Assembly (NCBI RefSeq): GCF_000015025.1
Contig: NC_008578.1
Span: 1,620,001 to 1,652,000 of the forward strand
Length of the DNA stretch: 32,000 nt
Direction: 5' to 3'
Source of the DNA: Acidothermus cellulolyticus 11B
GTDB lineage: Bacteria > Actinomycetota > Actinomycetes > Acidothermales > Acidothermaceae
The position numbers and the translations under genes are program-made. Shown here piece after piece: positions 14,477-22,551 of the stretch; the stretch's first letter is position 1, and every line of letters starts with the position of its first letter. Under the pieces are notes generated by a model, which saw nothing but the letters and a program-made list of their open reading frames with translations, did not search any database and had not been told where the DNA came from.

Positions 14477-14834
14477 CCATGCGACAACTTATCCCGGGAC
14501 GGACCGCCGCCGGTCAACCACACTGTGATTACGAACAGATCACGTTTTGATAAAGTCGATCGCGATCAACAGCGGTTGCCCGCAATAGGTGCAGAGTGGT
14601 TCCGCCGCGCGCGGGGACATCCACGGTGCGTAATCAGGTGGCGGTGCCCTGCCGTTCCTACGATGGTGGGGTTGCCGCCGGCAGCTAACCGATCGCAGCT
14701 AGCCGATTGATGGCGAAGAAGGGGGCGACCGTGGGTGCACGCCGACACGTCTTGCGCTGCGTGCCTCCCCGTGGACACGGCATCCCGCCTACCGAGGACG
14801 GGCTGATCATCCGCTCGACCTTCGGCGTCATCCC

Positions 14835-17800
14835 ATGAACGGGCGGTCGGCCGTTGCGGCGCTGCTCGCAGGGGCAGTTCTGGCACTCCTCACCGCATTT
14901 CCCACCACTGCGTCCGCCGCGCAACCCGTCGTTACCGTTGGCGCCGCGCCGACACCGCCTGCTGACGCCCAGTTCCTTGGGCCCATATCCGGTGCGCAAA
15001 CCGGGACGGTGATCCAGGTAAACGTCGTCTTACGGTCCAGGGATTCGCTGGGCCTTGACCGCTTCATGGCCGAGGTCACAAATCCGCACTCGCCTGAATA
15101 CCGGCACTTTCTCACGCCTGGGCAATTCCAGCGGCGGTTCGGCCCCACCACGCAGGCAATCAACGACGTTACCGCGGCGTTCCGAAATCTCGGATTGCAG
15201 CGAACCTCCGCCCTCGGCTCGGTACTCGGTTTCTCCGGATCGCTTGCCCAGTTTTCGTCGGCACTGCACATTGGCTTTGCGCGCTACCGACTCCATTCCG
15301 GGCGAATTGCCCGCATCAACACCGCCGCTCCGCAACTGCCGGTGTCCGTCGCCCGGTACATCAGCGGCATCGTCGGGCTCGACGATCTCGCGCGCGCCGC
15401 GCCCGCCATCCCTCGGCACGCCGCGCCGACGCGCGTGCCGGTGTGGTCTGCCGGGACGGCCGCTACGCCGGGGTCGTCGACCTCCTGCCTGTCGACGTCA
15501 CCGACGAACGCCTATTACTTGCCGGATCAGCTTGCCAGATATTACGGCCTCGACACACTGTTTACCGTCGGCGCTCTCGGCGCAGGGGTGACGGTTGCGC
15601 TGCCTGAATTCGAGCCTTTTCTGTCGTCCGACATCGCGGCATTCAACCAATGCTTCGGTCTGACAGCAACACCTCAGGTGGTCACGGTGGACGGCGGAGC
15701 CGGCTCCGGCCCCGGGAGCGGCGAGGCGGCATTGGACATTGAGACCGTCGCCGCGCTGGCGCCGAGCGCTACCATCAAGGTTTACGAGGGACCGAACGGC
15801 GCAGGAATTTTGTCCGTCTACAACGCCATTGCGAATGACGCGACAGTAAACATTGTCTCCGTCAGTTGGCTTCTCTGTGAGGCGGACTTGCCGTCAGGAT
15901 ATGGCGCCAGCCTCCGTGCCATATTTCAACAGATGGTTGCCGAGGGCCAGACGCCCCTCGCGGCCAGCGGTGACTGGGGATCGGCCGGTTGTTATCCAGA
16001 CATTACTCCGTCATATCCAAACGGCGGCAACACCGCCCTGTCTGTCGAAACCCCGGCAAGCTTTCCCGAAGTCACCGGCGTTGGCGGCACCAGTCTCCCG
16101 GATCTGAGCGGAACCTCAGAAGTCGCATGGGCGGGCGCCTGCACGGACGGCTCGGGCGGCTCGTCTCCCTGCGGCACCGGCGGCGGAATCTCCGCACTGT
16201 GGACCATGCCGACATGGCAAGTCCCACTGGCAATCACCGCACAATCATCCGGCACTCCCTGCGGCGCTCCGGCCGGTACGTACTGCCGGGAAGTGCCTGA
16301 CGTCAGCGCGTCCGCGGATCCGTCACACGGATATGTCATCTACTGGACGTACGTCGATCCGGTTACGAGTACGTCGAACCCCGGCTTCTATGTCATCGGC
16401 GGAACGAGCGCCGCGGCGCCGCTGTGGGCGGCGTTGCTCGCTGACATTTCATCCAGTTGTCGGCCTCAACAGTGGGGCTCAATAAATTCCACACTCTATG
16501 GCCTCGTTGGTGCGGGAATCACCCTGTTCCGTGACATCACCAGCGGGAACAACGACCTCTTTGGCGCAGGGGGATACGCAGCGGGCACGGGATATGACAT
16601 GGTGACCGGATTGGGAAGTCCCCAAGGCGGCGCGCTCAGCGCGTATCTCTGCCCGGCGGCGGCGGACGGCGCCGGCTCCATCACCGCAACGCCAGCGTCC
16701 GTGACGGCGAGCAGCACCCAGGATTTCTCGTTCACGTACGCGGCGCCTGCCGGTCAGACCTTGAGAGCCGGAAAGCTCCAACTAACCGTGCCTGCCGGCT
16801 GGCCAAGCCCTTCGACCACGTCAGGCACACCCGGCTATGTGACCGCTACCGCCGGCACCGTAACGATAAGCAATTCGACCATCACGGTAAGCGGTCTCAC
16901 GTTAGCGGCAGGCGCCACGGTCAGCCTCACGTACCACACTGTCACCGCGCCTGCCACAGCGGGTACCTACCCGTTCGCCGCGGCGATGGGAAATTCGGGC
17001 GACACACCGCAGTCGCTGACCAGCCCAGCGACGATCGTCGTAACAGCCCCTCCGCCGCCAGGCGGCGGAGGCGGGGGCAGCGGCGGTAGCGGAGGTTCCG
17101 GGAGCGGGGGCGGCAGCGGAAGCGGAGGAGGCGGCGGTGGCGGAGGGGGCGGCGCTTTCGGTCATCCGCAGCCAATCCGTGTCGCCGGAGCAGATCGGAT
17201 AGCGACCGCGATCGCGGCGTCACAGACCGCCTTTCCCATCGACGCCGGCGCGCACGTCGTCGTCCTCGCCCGTTCCGACAACTTCCCCGACGCCCTCGCC
17301 GGAACTCCCTTGGCCATCACCAAAGAGGGCCCCATCCTCCTTACGCCGACGACATCGCTCGATCCACGGACGCTCGCTGAAATCGAGCGCGTCCTACCCC
17401 GCGGCGCAACCGTATACCTCCTCGGCGGAACAGCGGCGCTCTCCCCAGCCATTGCAGACGTGCTGCTCAACGACGGCTACGTCGTCGTCCGACTCGCCGG
17501 AGCGGACCGCTACGGAACCGCCGTCGCCATAGCCAATGCGCTCGGTGACCCGACGACCGTCTTCGAAGCTGACGGCACCAACTTTCCAGACGCCCTGACC
17601 GCCGGAACCGCGGCCGCCCACGAAGGCGGGGTCGTGCTCCTGACCGATGGCAGCCGGCTGCCCGCCGCCACCGCGTCCTACCTTGCGGCGCATCCCGGGA
17701 CGCACATCGCGGTCGGTGGTCCGGCAGCTCACGCTGACCCCACCGCCGTCCCGTACGTCGGGGCGGACCGCTACGAGACAGCCGCGCTCGTCGATCGCGC

Positions 17801-18056
17801 ATTTTTCGCCGTACCGATCGTGATTGGCTGCGCAAGTGGAGCGAATTTCCCCGATGCGTTGTCCGGAGGAGCGGTCGCGGGGTTGGCTGGTGGACCGATC
17901 GTCCTCGTGCCTGCCATAGGCGATCTGCCCGGACCAACAGTGCAGTACCTCCAGCAGGCAGCCGCCTCCGCCAGCAAAGCATGGGTTTTCGGTGGGACGG
18001 CGGCCGTGTCCGACGTCGTTTTCAACGAAATCGCGGCCGCCCTCACCGGCGGATGA
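14835..18056 (+). CDS. Secreted S53 (sedolisin/kumamolisin-type) serine-carboxyl peptidase with a C-terminal triple CWB2 cell-wall-binding domain
   Basis: Signal peptide MNGRSAVAALLAGAVLALLTAFPTTASA. Pro-kumamolisin activation domain (RDSLGLDRFMAEVTNPHSPEYRHFLTPGQF). S53 signatures GSGEAALDIE and GGTSAAAPLWAAL. A beta-sandwich-like middle domain and a Gly/Ser linker. Three CWB2-type repeats: GADRIATA...NFPDALAG, GADRYGTA...NFPDALTAG and GADRYETA...NFPDALSGG. Confidence 0.9.
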   Translation: MNGRSAVAALLAGAVLALLTAFPTTASAAQPVVTVGAAPTPPADAQFLGPISGAQTGTVIQVNVVLRSRDSLGLDRFMAEVTNPHSPEYRHFLTPGQFQRRFGPTTQAINDVTAAFRNLGLQRTSALGSVLGFSGSLAQFSSALHIGFARYRLHSGRIARINTAAPQLPVSVARYISGIVGLDDLARAAPAIPRHAAPTRVPVWSAGTAATPGSSTSCLSTSPTNAYYLPDQLARYYGLDTLFTVGALGAGVTVALPEFEPFLSSDIAAFNQCFGLTATPQVVTVDGGAGSGPGSGEAALDIETVAALAPSATIKVYEGPNGAGILSVYNAIANDATVNIVSVSWLLCEADLPSGYGASLRAIFQQMVAEGQTPLAASGDWGSAGCYPDITPSYPNGGNTALSVETPASFPEVTGVGGTSLPDLSGTSEVAWAGACTDGSGGSSPCGTGGGISALWTMPTWQVPLAITAQSSGTPCGAPAGTYCREVPDVSASADPSHGYVIYWTYVDPVTSTSNPGFYVIGGTSAAAPLWAALLADISSSCRPQQWGSINSTLYGLVGAGITLFRDITSGNNDLFGAGGYAAGTGYDMVTGLGSPQGGALSAYLCPAAADGAGSITATPASVTASSTQDFSFTYAAPAGQTLRAGKLQLTVPAGWPSPSTTSGTPGYVTATAGTVTISNSTITVSGLTLAAGATVSLTYHTVTAPATAGTYPFAAAMGNSGDTPQSLTSPATIVVTAPPPPGGGGGGSGGSGGSGSGGGSGSGGGGGGGGGGAFGHPQPIRVAGADRIATAIAASQTAFPIDAGAHVVVLARSDNFPDALAGTPLAITKEGPILLTPTTSLDPRTLAEIERVLPRGATVYLLGGTAALSPAIADVLLNDGYVVVRLAGADRYGTAVAIANALGDPTTVFEADGTNFPDALTAGTAAAHEGGVVLLTDGSRLPAATASYLAAHPGTHIAVGGPAAHADPTAVPYVGADRYETAALVDRAFFAVPIVIGCASGANFPDALSGGAVAGLAGGPIVLVPAIGDLPGPTVQYLQQAAASASKAWVFGGTAAVSDVVFNEIAAALTGG

Positions 18057-19279
18057 CCGGGGCCGGACGGGCGATTCGCTACGCTGCGACTATGGCGACG
18101 GCGCCGAGCGCCGAACAACGGCAACGCCGGGACACCACGCTGCGGGAACGGGCCTTTCGTGTCCTGGACGGCGCGTGGCGCACCACCGGCGGCTATTGCT
18201 GGCCGAACCGTCGCACCTATCCACACCTTTGGCTGTGGGATTCGTGCTTTCATGCCATCGCCTGGGCGGCCCTTGGTGATGAGCGGGCTCTTCGGGAAAT
18301 CGACGCGGTTTTCCGCGCGCAATTGCCAAGTGGTTTTCTGCCGCACATCCGGTATGCGGACAGCAATCGTGCGGATCGGCGGCGTGGACCGTTGCGCGGC
18401 GTTTCGTCTTTCACCCAGCCGCCTGTCTTCGTCCGTGCCCTTGACGCCATTCGTCAGGCCGGAATGCCGATACCGGACCACTTCTTCGAGCGTGCCGCAC
18501 AAGCGCTCGACTGCCTCTGGCGCGACCGGCTGCGCGACGGCCTTCTCGTCATCATCCACCCGTGGGAGACCGGACTCGATGATTCCCCGAGATGGGATTC
18601 GTGGGTCGGCTCGCATCGCTGGCGTCGCCGACGCTGGACGCGTTTCGACCGTTTTCTCGTGACCCAGACCCGCTACGCCGAGGACGGCCGCGGAATCGAC
18701 AACGCCTGTTTCCTCGCCGCCCCCGCATCGTTCAACGCAATCGCCGCCGACGCCGCCGCGTTGCTCGGCACCCTTCTGGGCGATACGGCGTGGAGGCAGC
18801 GGGCGGAGGCGCTCGCCGCAGCGCTCGACGAGCACGCATGGGACGACGACGAACAGCTCTGGCGTGACATCCCGTTGCGTGGTGGTGGTGACAGTTCGCG
18901 AATTCCCACCGTCGACGGTCTGCTTCCCGCGCTCTGCACCCGTGACCGGTCTCGAGCCGCGGCGGCGCTCGCCCAGCTCAGCGATCCCGAGCGGTTCCAC
19001 GCGCCGTTCGGTCCGCGGTACCTGCCCCGCACCCACCCGCTGTACCGACCGGGACAATATTGGCGAGGTCCGGCCTGGCCTCCGCTCAACTACTATCTCG
19101 CGCTCGCCGCGGTCCGCAATGGATATCTGCACCTGAGCGCGGACCTGGCCGAGCGTACGAGGAATGCCGTCCTCCGCGCACGTTTCGCCGAATACTGGAA
19201 TCCGGAAACCGGCCGGGGCTTAGGTGCACGGCCGCAAACGTGGGCGACAATCGCCGTCGCTTTTCCTGGCGATCCCTGA
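18053..19279 (+). CDS. GH63/MGH1-like (alpha/alpha)6 glycoside hydrolase (glucosylglycerate/mannosylglycerate hydrolase-like)
   Basis: Motifs YPHLWLWDSCFHAIAW, HPWETGLDDSPRWD and YWRGPAWPPLNYYL. No signal peptide seen. The ATG at 18053 overlaps the peptidase stop (ATGA). ATG ~18092 is an alternative start. Confidence 0.75.
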   Translation: MTGAGRAIRYAATMATAPSAEQRQRRDTTLRERAFRVLDGAWRTTGGYCWPNRRTYPHLWLWDSCFHAIAWAALGDERALREIDAVFRAQLPSGFLPHIRYADSNRADRRRGPLRGVSSFTQPPVFVRALDAIRQAGMPIPDHFFERAAQALDCLWRDRLRDGLLVIIHPWETGLDDSPRWDSWVGSHRWRRRRWTRFDRFLVTQTRYAEDGRGIDNACFLAAPASFNAIAADAAALLGTLLGDTAWRQRAEALAAALDEHAWDDDEQLWRDIPLRGGGDSSRIPTVDGLLPALCTRDRSRAAAALAQLSDPERFHAPFGPRYLPRTHPLYRPGQYWRGPAWPPLNYYLALAAVRNGYLHLSADLAERTRNAVLRARFAEYWNPETGRGLGARPQTWATIAVAFPGDP

Positions 19280-19309
19280 CCGCGCGATTCCGTCACCGCC
19301 GCGATTCGT

Positions 19310-20968
19310 TCACGGCCCCGACTGGTCGAGGATTGCGGGATTCATCCCTACCTCGCGCACCTGGTTCGCCGTACATTCCTGACTCTCCGCGAGCCGCAAG
19401 CTCACCTTCAATTGACCCGGCTGCAGTTGTATGACGTCTGTCCACCCATCGGGCGTGCGCACGAAACACCCTGTGCCGCTGTCGACGTGCCAGTACGGCG
19501 ACCAGCGCAGCCGCACCAGCGTCACACCGACACGAGGTGACTCCACGGTGAATCCGTTGGCCGCCAAGGCGGAAATCGTCCCCACGCCTTCCGCGAGCGG
19601 CGTGGCGCCGATGACCTGCCAGATGCGCCAGTGCGGATCGGCGTACACCTGCTTCAGGTAGGGCGGGGGATGTCGCAGTAGAGCGCCCTCGGCTTTGCCG
19701 CCGGCATCGAGCGGAGCATCAGACAAGGCGACGTACCGGATGGCGTTCGCCCGCAACCACGTGAGGTATTCGGCTGCGGTCAACGGATGATAGAGTTCCG
19801 CGTTCAGCGCTAAATCGATCTGGCGCTCCCAGCCGCGGGCCAGCGGAACCTTCTCCGCGACGTACGTCGCCTCCCAGTGATTGAGGGTGAACGGGATCTC
19901 AACCCTGCTGGGCGGCTGTTGATGCTGCTCGAGATACCGAAGCATGCCTGCGTAATACTGAGGCTTCCTCGACAAATCCCCGGCGGCCGCCGTGACCGCC
20001 CCGACCACCGGCTGCAACTGGAAGGCAACCAGCGGCACGATGAGCGCGGCGAGGAGTTTGACCCGTCCGGATCGGAGCAGGACATAAGCGGCAAGCGGCC
20101 CGACGACGATGCTCGCAAAACGCGCCATATTACCGCCGACCGGATTCGGCAACAGAAAGAGCGGCACACAGGCGATACCGTAAAAGACCAATGCGCGTCG
20201 CATTGTGCGCCACTCGCGGGGCGTAATCGCCAAACCGACCGCGACAATGACGAGTTGCCCGACGAACGCCGTCCACGGAAACGGGAACCAACCGCCGTCC
20301 CCGAGAATGCCTGCCACGGCGACGCCGATGACCGCGCCTCCCAGAGGCAGGGTCCGCCGCCAACCCAGACTAGGCAGCCACGCGGCGGCAACGAGCAGAA
20401 GGAAAAACGCCCCCAACGGACTGAAGAGGGATGCGGTAAGCGCGGCGAGCAAGGCCAGCAGGCGGCGATCCGCGCGGACGGCGAGAATGGCTCCCAGCGC
20501 CGCAGCCACCGAGCAGGCGAACGGCGCCCGCCCGATGATCAAATCTCCGACAATGAGCAGCGAGAACCAGAGCCGGCTGACGACGGCGGCCGCGCCTTCC
20601 CGGCCCACGAGACGACCCCAGAGAATTGTCGAGATGACGCAGGCCACCGCGGTCGCCGGTACCGTTCCGAGCACGGCACCGACCGCGGGGAACAGGACGC
20701 TGTAGCCGAGATCCGAATGTCCCCCGTACCAATTCACGTCCCATACCAGGAACCCATGCGTGCGGAAAATCCAGACGCGGTAATCCTGTGCGGCAAAATC
20801 CCCGCCGCGGAAACCAACCGCCGCAACGATTGCCGACGCGAGGGCCGTGATGAGCCAGCAATGATCGGAGAGCCACTGAATCCATTGCCGAGCTCGACGC
20901 CGATGCGACGCGATCGCGTCGACGGTGGGCTCGAGGCCGAGCACCGGTGCGCGCAGGTCGCTCCTCAC
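19310..20968 (-). CDS. Polytopic membrane protein (~11-12 TM) with a ~220-aa C-terminal extracytoplasmic domain; GT-C-like putative glycosyltransferase
   Basis: The first loop after TM1 (GGDFAAQDYRVWIFRTHGFLVWDVNWYGGH) resembles the first extracytoplasmic loop of YfhO/PTPS-related GT-C-type proteins, from memory. GTG at 20968 forms a GTGA overlap with the upstream stop and has AGGAG 6 nt upstream. TTG at 20974 is the track start. Confidence 0.7.
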   Translation of the reverse strand: MRSDLRAPVLGLEPTVDAIASHRRRARQWIQWLSDHCWLITALASAIVAAVGFRGGDFAAQDYRVWIFRTHGFLVWDVNWYGGHSDLGYSVLFPAVGAVLGTVPATAVACVISTILWGRLVGREGAAAVVSRLWFSLLIVGDLIIGRAPFACSVAAALGAILAVRADRRLLALLAALTASLFSPLGAFFLLLVAAAWLPSLGWRRTLPLGGAVIGVAVAGILGDGGWFPFPWTAFVGQLVIVAVGLAITPREWRTMRRALVFYGIACVPLFLLPNPVGGNMARFASIVVGPLAAYVLLRSGRVKLLAALIVPLVAFQLQPVVGAVTAAAGDLSRKPQYYAGMLRYLEQHQQPPSRVEIPFTLNHWEATYVAEKVPLARGWERQIDLALNAELYHPLTAAEYLTWLRANAIRYVALSDAPLDAGGKAEGALLRHPPPYLKQVYADPHWRIWQVIGATPLAEGVGTISALAANGFTVESPRVGVTLVRLRWSPYWHVDSGTGCFVRTPDGWTDVIQLQPGQLKVSLRLAESQECTANQVREVGMNPAILDQSGP

Positions 20969-21567
20969 GGCCAACTCCTACCCGGGTCCGTCCCCGGCGA
21001 TGTGCCGCCGATCCGCAATTCTCGTGCCTGCGCAGCTGATGGGGTCAGCCCGCGGGACTCCGACCGCACGGATGCGACCTCCGTTCCCGGCCGGCCATCC
21101 TCCGGCCACGTAGGCTCCGCGCTCGTGGCGCGCGCAATCGCGGCGTCCGACGCCGCCCACCCGGACCAGCGGTGCACATCGATCGCAATCACCATGCCGG
21201 CGGGAGGGTGTTCAGCGTACTGCGGATAGCGGGCGGTGAGCGCCCCCCACGCCCGCTGAGCGCTGGGGTCAGCGCCGTCCATCAGCCGGGCTCTGCCATC
21301 CGCCCGGATCCACCAGAGCATCGACCAATCGTCCGTGTACCGATCGGCCAGAACCGCGACCGACGGATTCTCTCGAATGTTCCGAATCCTGCGGAGCACC
21401 CGGCCGCTCTTCGGCTTTCGGTCAACCGCGGTGACAATCGTATTTCCGTTCACGACGAAGACGATCGGCACGATGTGCGGGACGCCGGCGCCGCTGCAGC
21501 TCGCCAAGTATGCCACCGGCCGGGTCGCAAAGAGCGCCCGGGCGACGTCCGGTGAAACGGCAGGCAT
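20965..21567 (-). CDS. PPOX-class (pyridoxamine 5'-phosphate oxidase fold) probable F420-dependent enzyme, Rv0121-like
   Basis: ALFATRPVAYLASCSGAGVPHIVPIVFVVNGNTIVTAVDRKPKSGRVLRRIRNIRENPSVAVLADRYTDDWSMLWWIRADG fits the split-barrel PPOX/F420 family pattern. The ATG at 21565-21567 shares one base with the upstream TGA. Confidence 0.85.
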   Translation of the reverse strand: MPAVSPDVARALFATRPVAYLASCSGAGVPHIVPIVFVVNGNTIVTAVDRKPKSGRVLRRIRNIRENPSVAVLADRYTDDWSMLWWIRADGRARLMDGADPSAQRAWGALTARYPQYAEHPPAGMVIAIDVHRWSGWAASDAAIARATSAEPTWPEDGRPGTEVASVRSESRGLTPSAAQARELRIGGTSPGTDPGRSWP

Positions 21568-22394
21568 CAATGACCTCGGTACTCCGCGACGGCGCGTTCG
21601 AAATCGTCCATCGCCCGTTCGATGACCGACCGTTTCGCAGACGGAAGCCAATGGACGGCTCGGTCAAATCCGGCCTTCTCATATGCTTCCAGCACGTGCG
21701 GATCGGCGGGAACACCCATGACCTGCAAGCTGATCCGCCGATCGGCACGTGCCAGCAGTTCGCGCGATCGCTCAATGACATCTCCGGCGTGGTTAGGAAA
21801 CCACCCGTCGCCGTACGAAAGCACGCGGTCGAAGACGGTAGGACCGCGGCCTCCGACAAGAATCGGCGGATGCGGCCGTTGCAGCGGTTTCGGCCAGGAA
21901 CAAATACCCTCGAAGTTCACGTATCGCCCGCGGTAACTCGCCTCCGCCTCCGACCAGATGACTTTCACCGCCTCGATGCGCTCCCGCAGAATATGCATGC
22001 GGACCTTCGGATCCGTGCCGTGGTTCAGCATCTCCTCGCGGTTCCAACCGGCGCCGACCCCGAATTCGAACCGGCCACCCGAGAGGTGGTCGATGCTTGC
22101 CGTTTCCTTCGCCAGGTAAATCGGGTCGCGCTGCACGACAAGGCAAATTCCGCTCCCGATCCGCAGGCGCCGGGTCGCAGTCGCCGCCGCGGCAAGCGCA
22201 ACGAACAGGTCGTAGGTGCGCCAGTACCGGCGCGGGAGATCGCCGCCTCCCCTGTAGGGCGTCAAACGCGCGGCCGGAATGTGCGAGTGCTCCGGGAAGA
22301 ACAGGGATTCGTAGCCGCGTTCCTCGGCGAGCCGAGCGACGCTCGCGGGATCCAGAGCATCATCCGTCGCAAAGATCGCAACCCCAATCTCCAT
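21567..22394 (-). CDS. LLM-class (luciferase-like) F420-dependent oxidoreductase
   Basis: MEIGVAIFATDDALDPASVARLAEERGYESLFFPEHSHIP and FEFGVGAGWNREE are typical of luciferase-like monooxygenase-fold F420 enzymes. The start is set at the internal ATG 22394, giving the canonical N-terminus. Confidence 0.88.
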   Translation of the reverse strand: MEIGVAIFATDDALDPASVARLAEERGYESLFFPEHSHIPAARLTPYRGGGDLPRRYWRTYDLFVALAAAATATRRLRIGSGICLVVQRDPIYLAKETASIDHLSGGRFEFGVGAGWNREEMLNHGTDPKVRMHILRERIEAVKVIWSEAEASYRGRYVNFEGICSWPKPLQRPHPPILVGGRGPTVFDRVLSYGDGWFPNHAGDVIERSRELLARADRRISLQVMGVPADPHVLEAYEKAGFDRAVHWLPSAKRSVIERAMDDFERAVAEYRGH

Positions 22395-22551
22395 ACCTCT
22401 GACCCTAAGCCGCCGGCCGTTGAGGCAGCCGGCCCGGCGGGTCCCCGCATCGGCGGCTGCCCCCGACCCGATGCAGGCAGGCATCCACGCGGCCGCTGAG
22501 CCGGACGGGACCGACCGCGCGGCACGCAGACACGCATCCGTGATCACTTGC

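Noticed and set aside
14525-14710. 61-aa plus-strand ORF in the chitinase/peptidase intergenic region.
   Set aside because: It has no RBS and an Arg/Pro-rich composition. The region is better explained as leader or regulatory RNA.
19283-19313. Two 14-nt direct repeats (cgcgattccgtcac / cgcgattcgttcac) in the 30-nt convergent gap, the second overlapping the stop codon of the membrane-protein gene. This echoes the 7167-7229 situation.
   Set aside because: It is only a 12/14 match over a short length and could easily be chance. It is noted for completeness.
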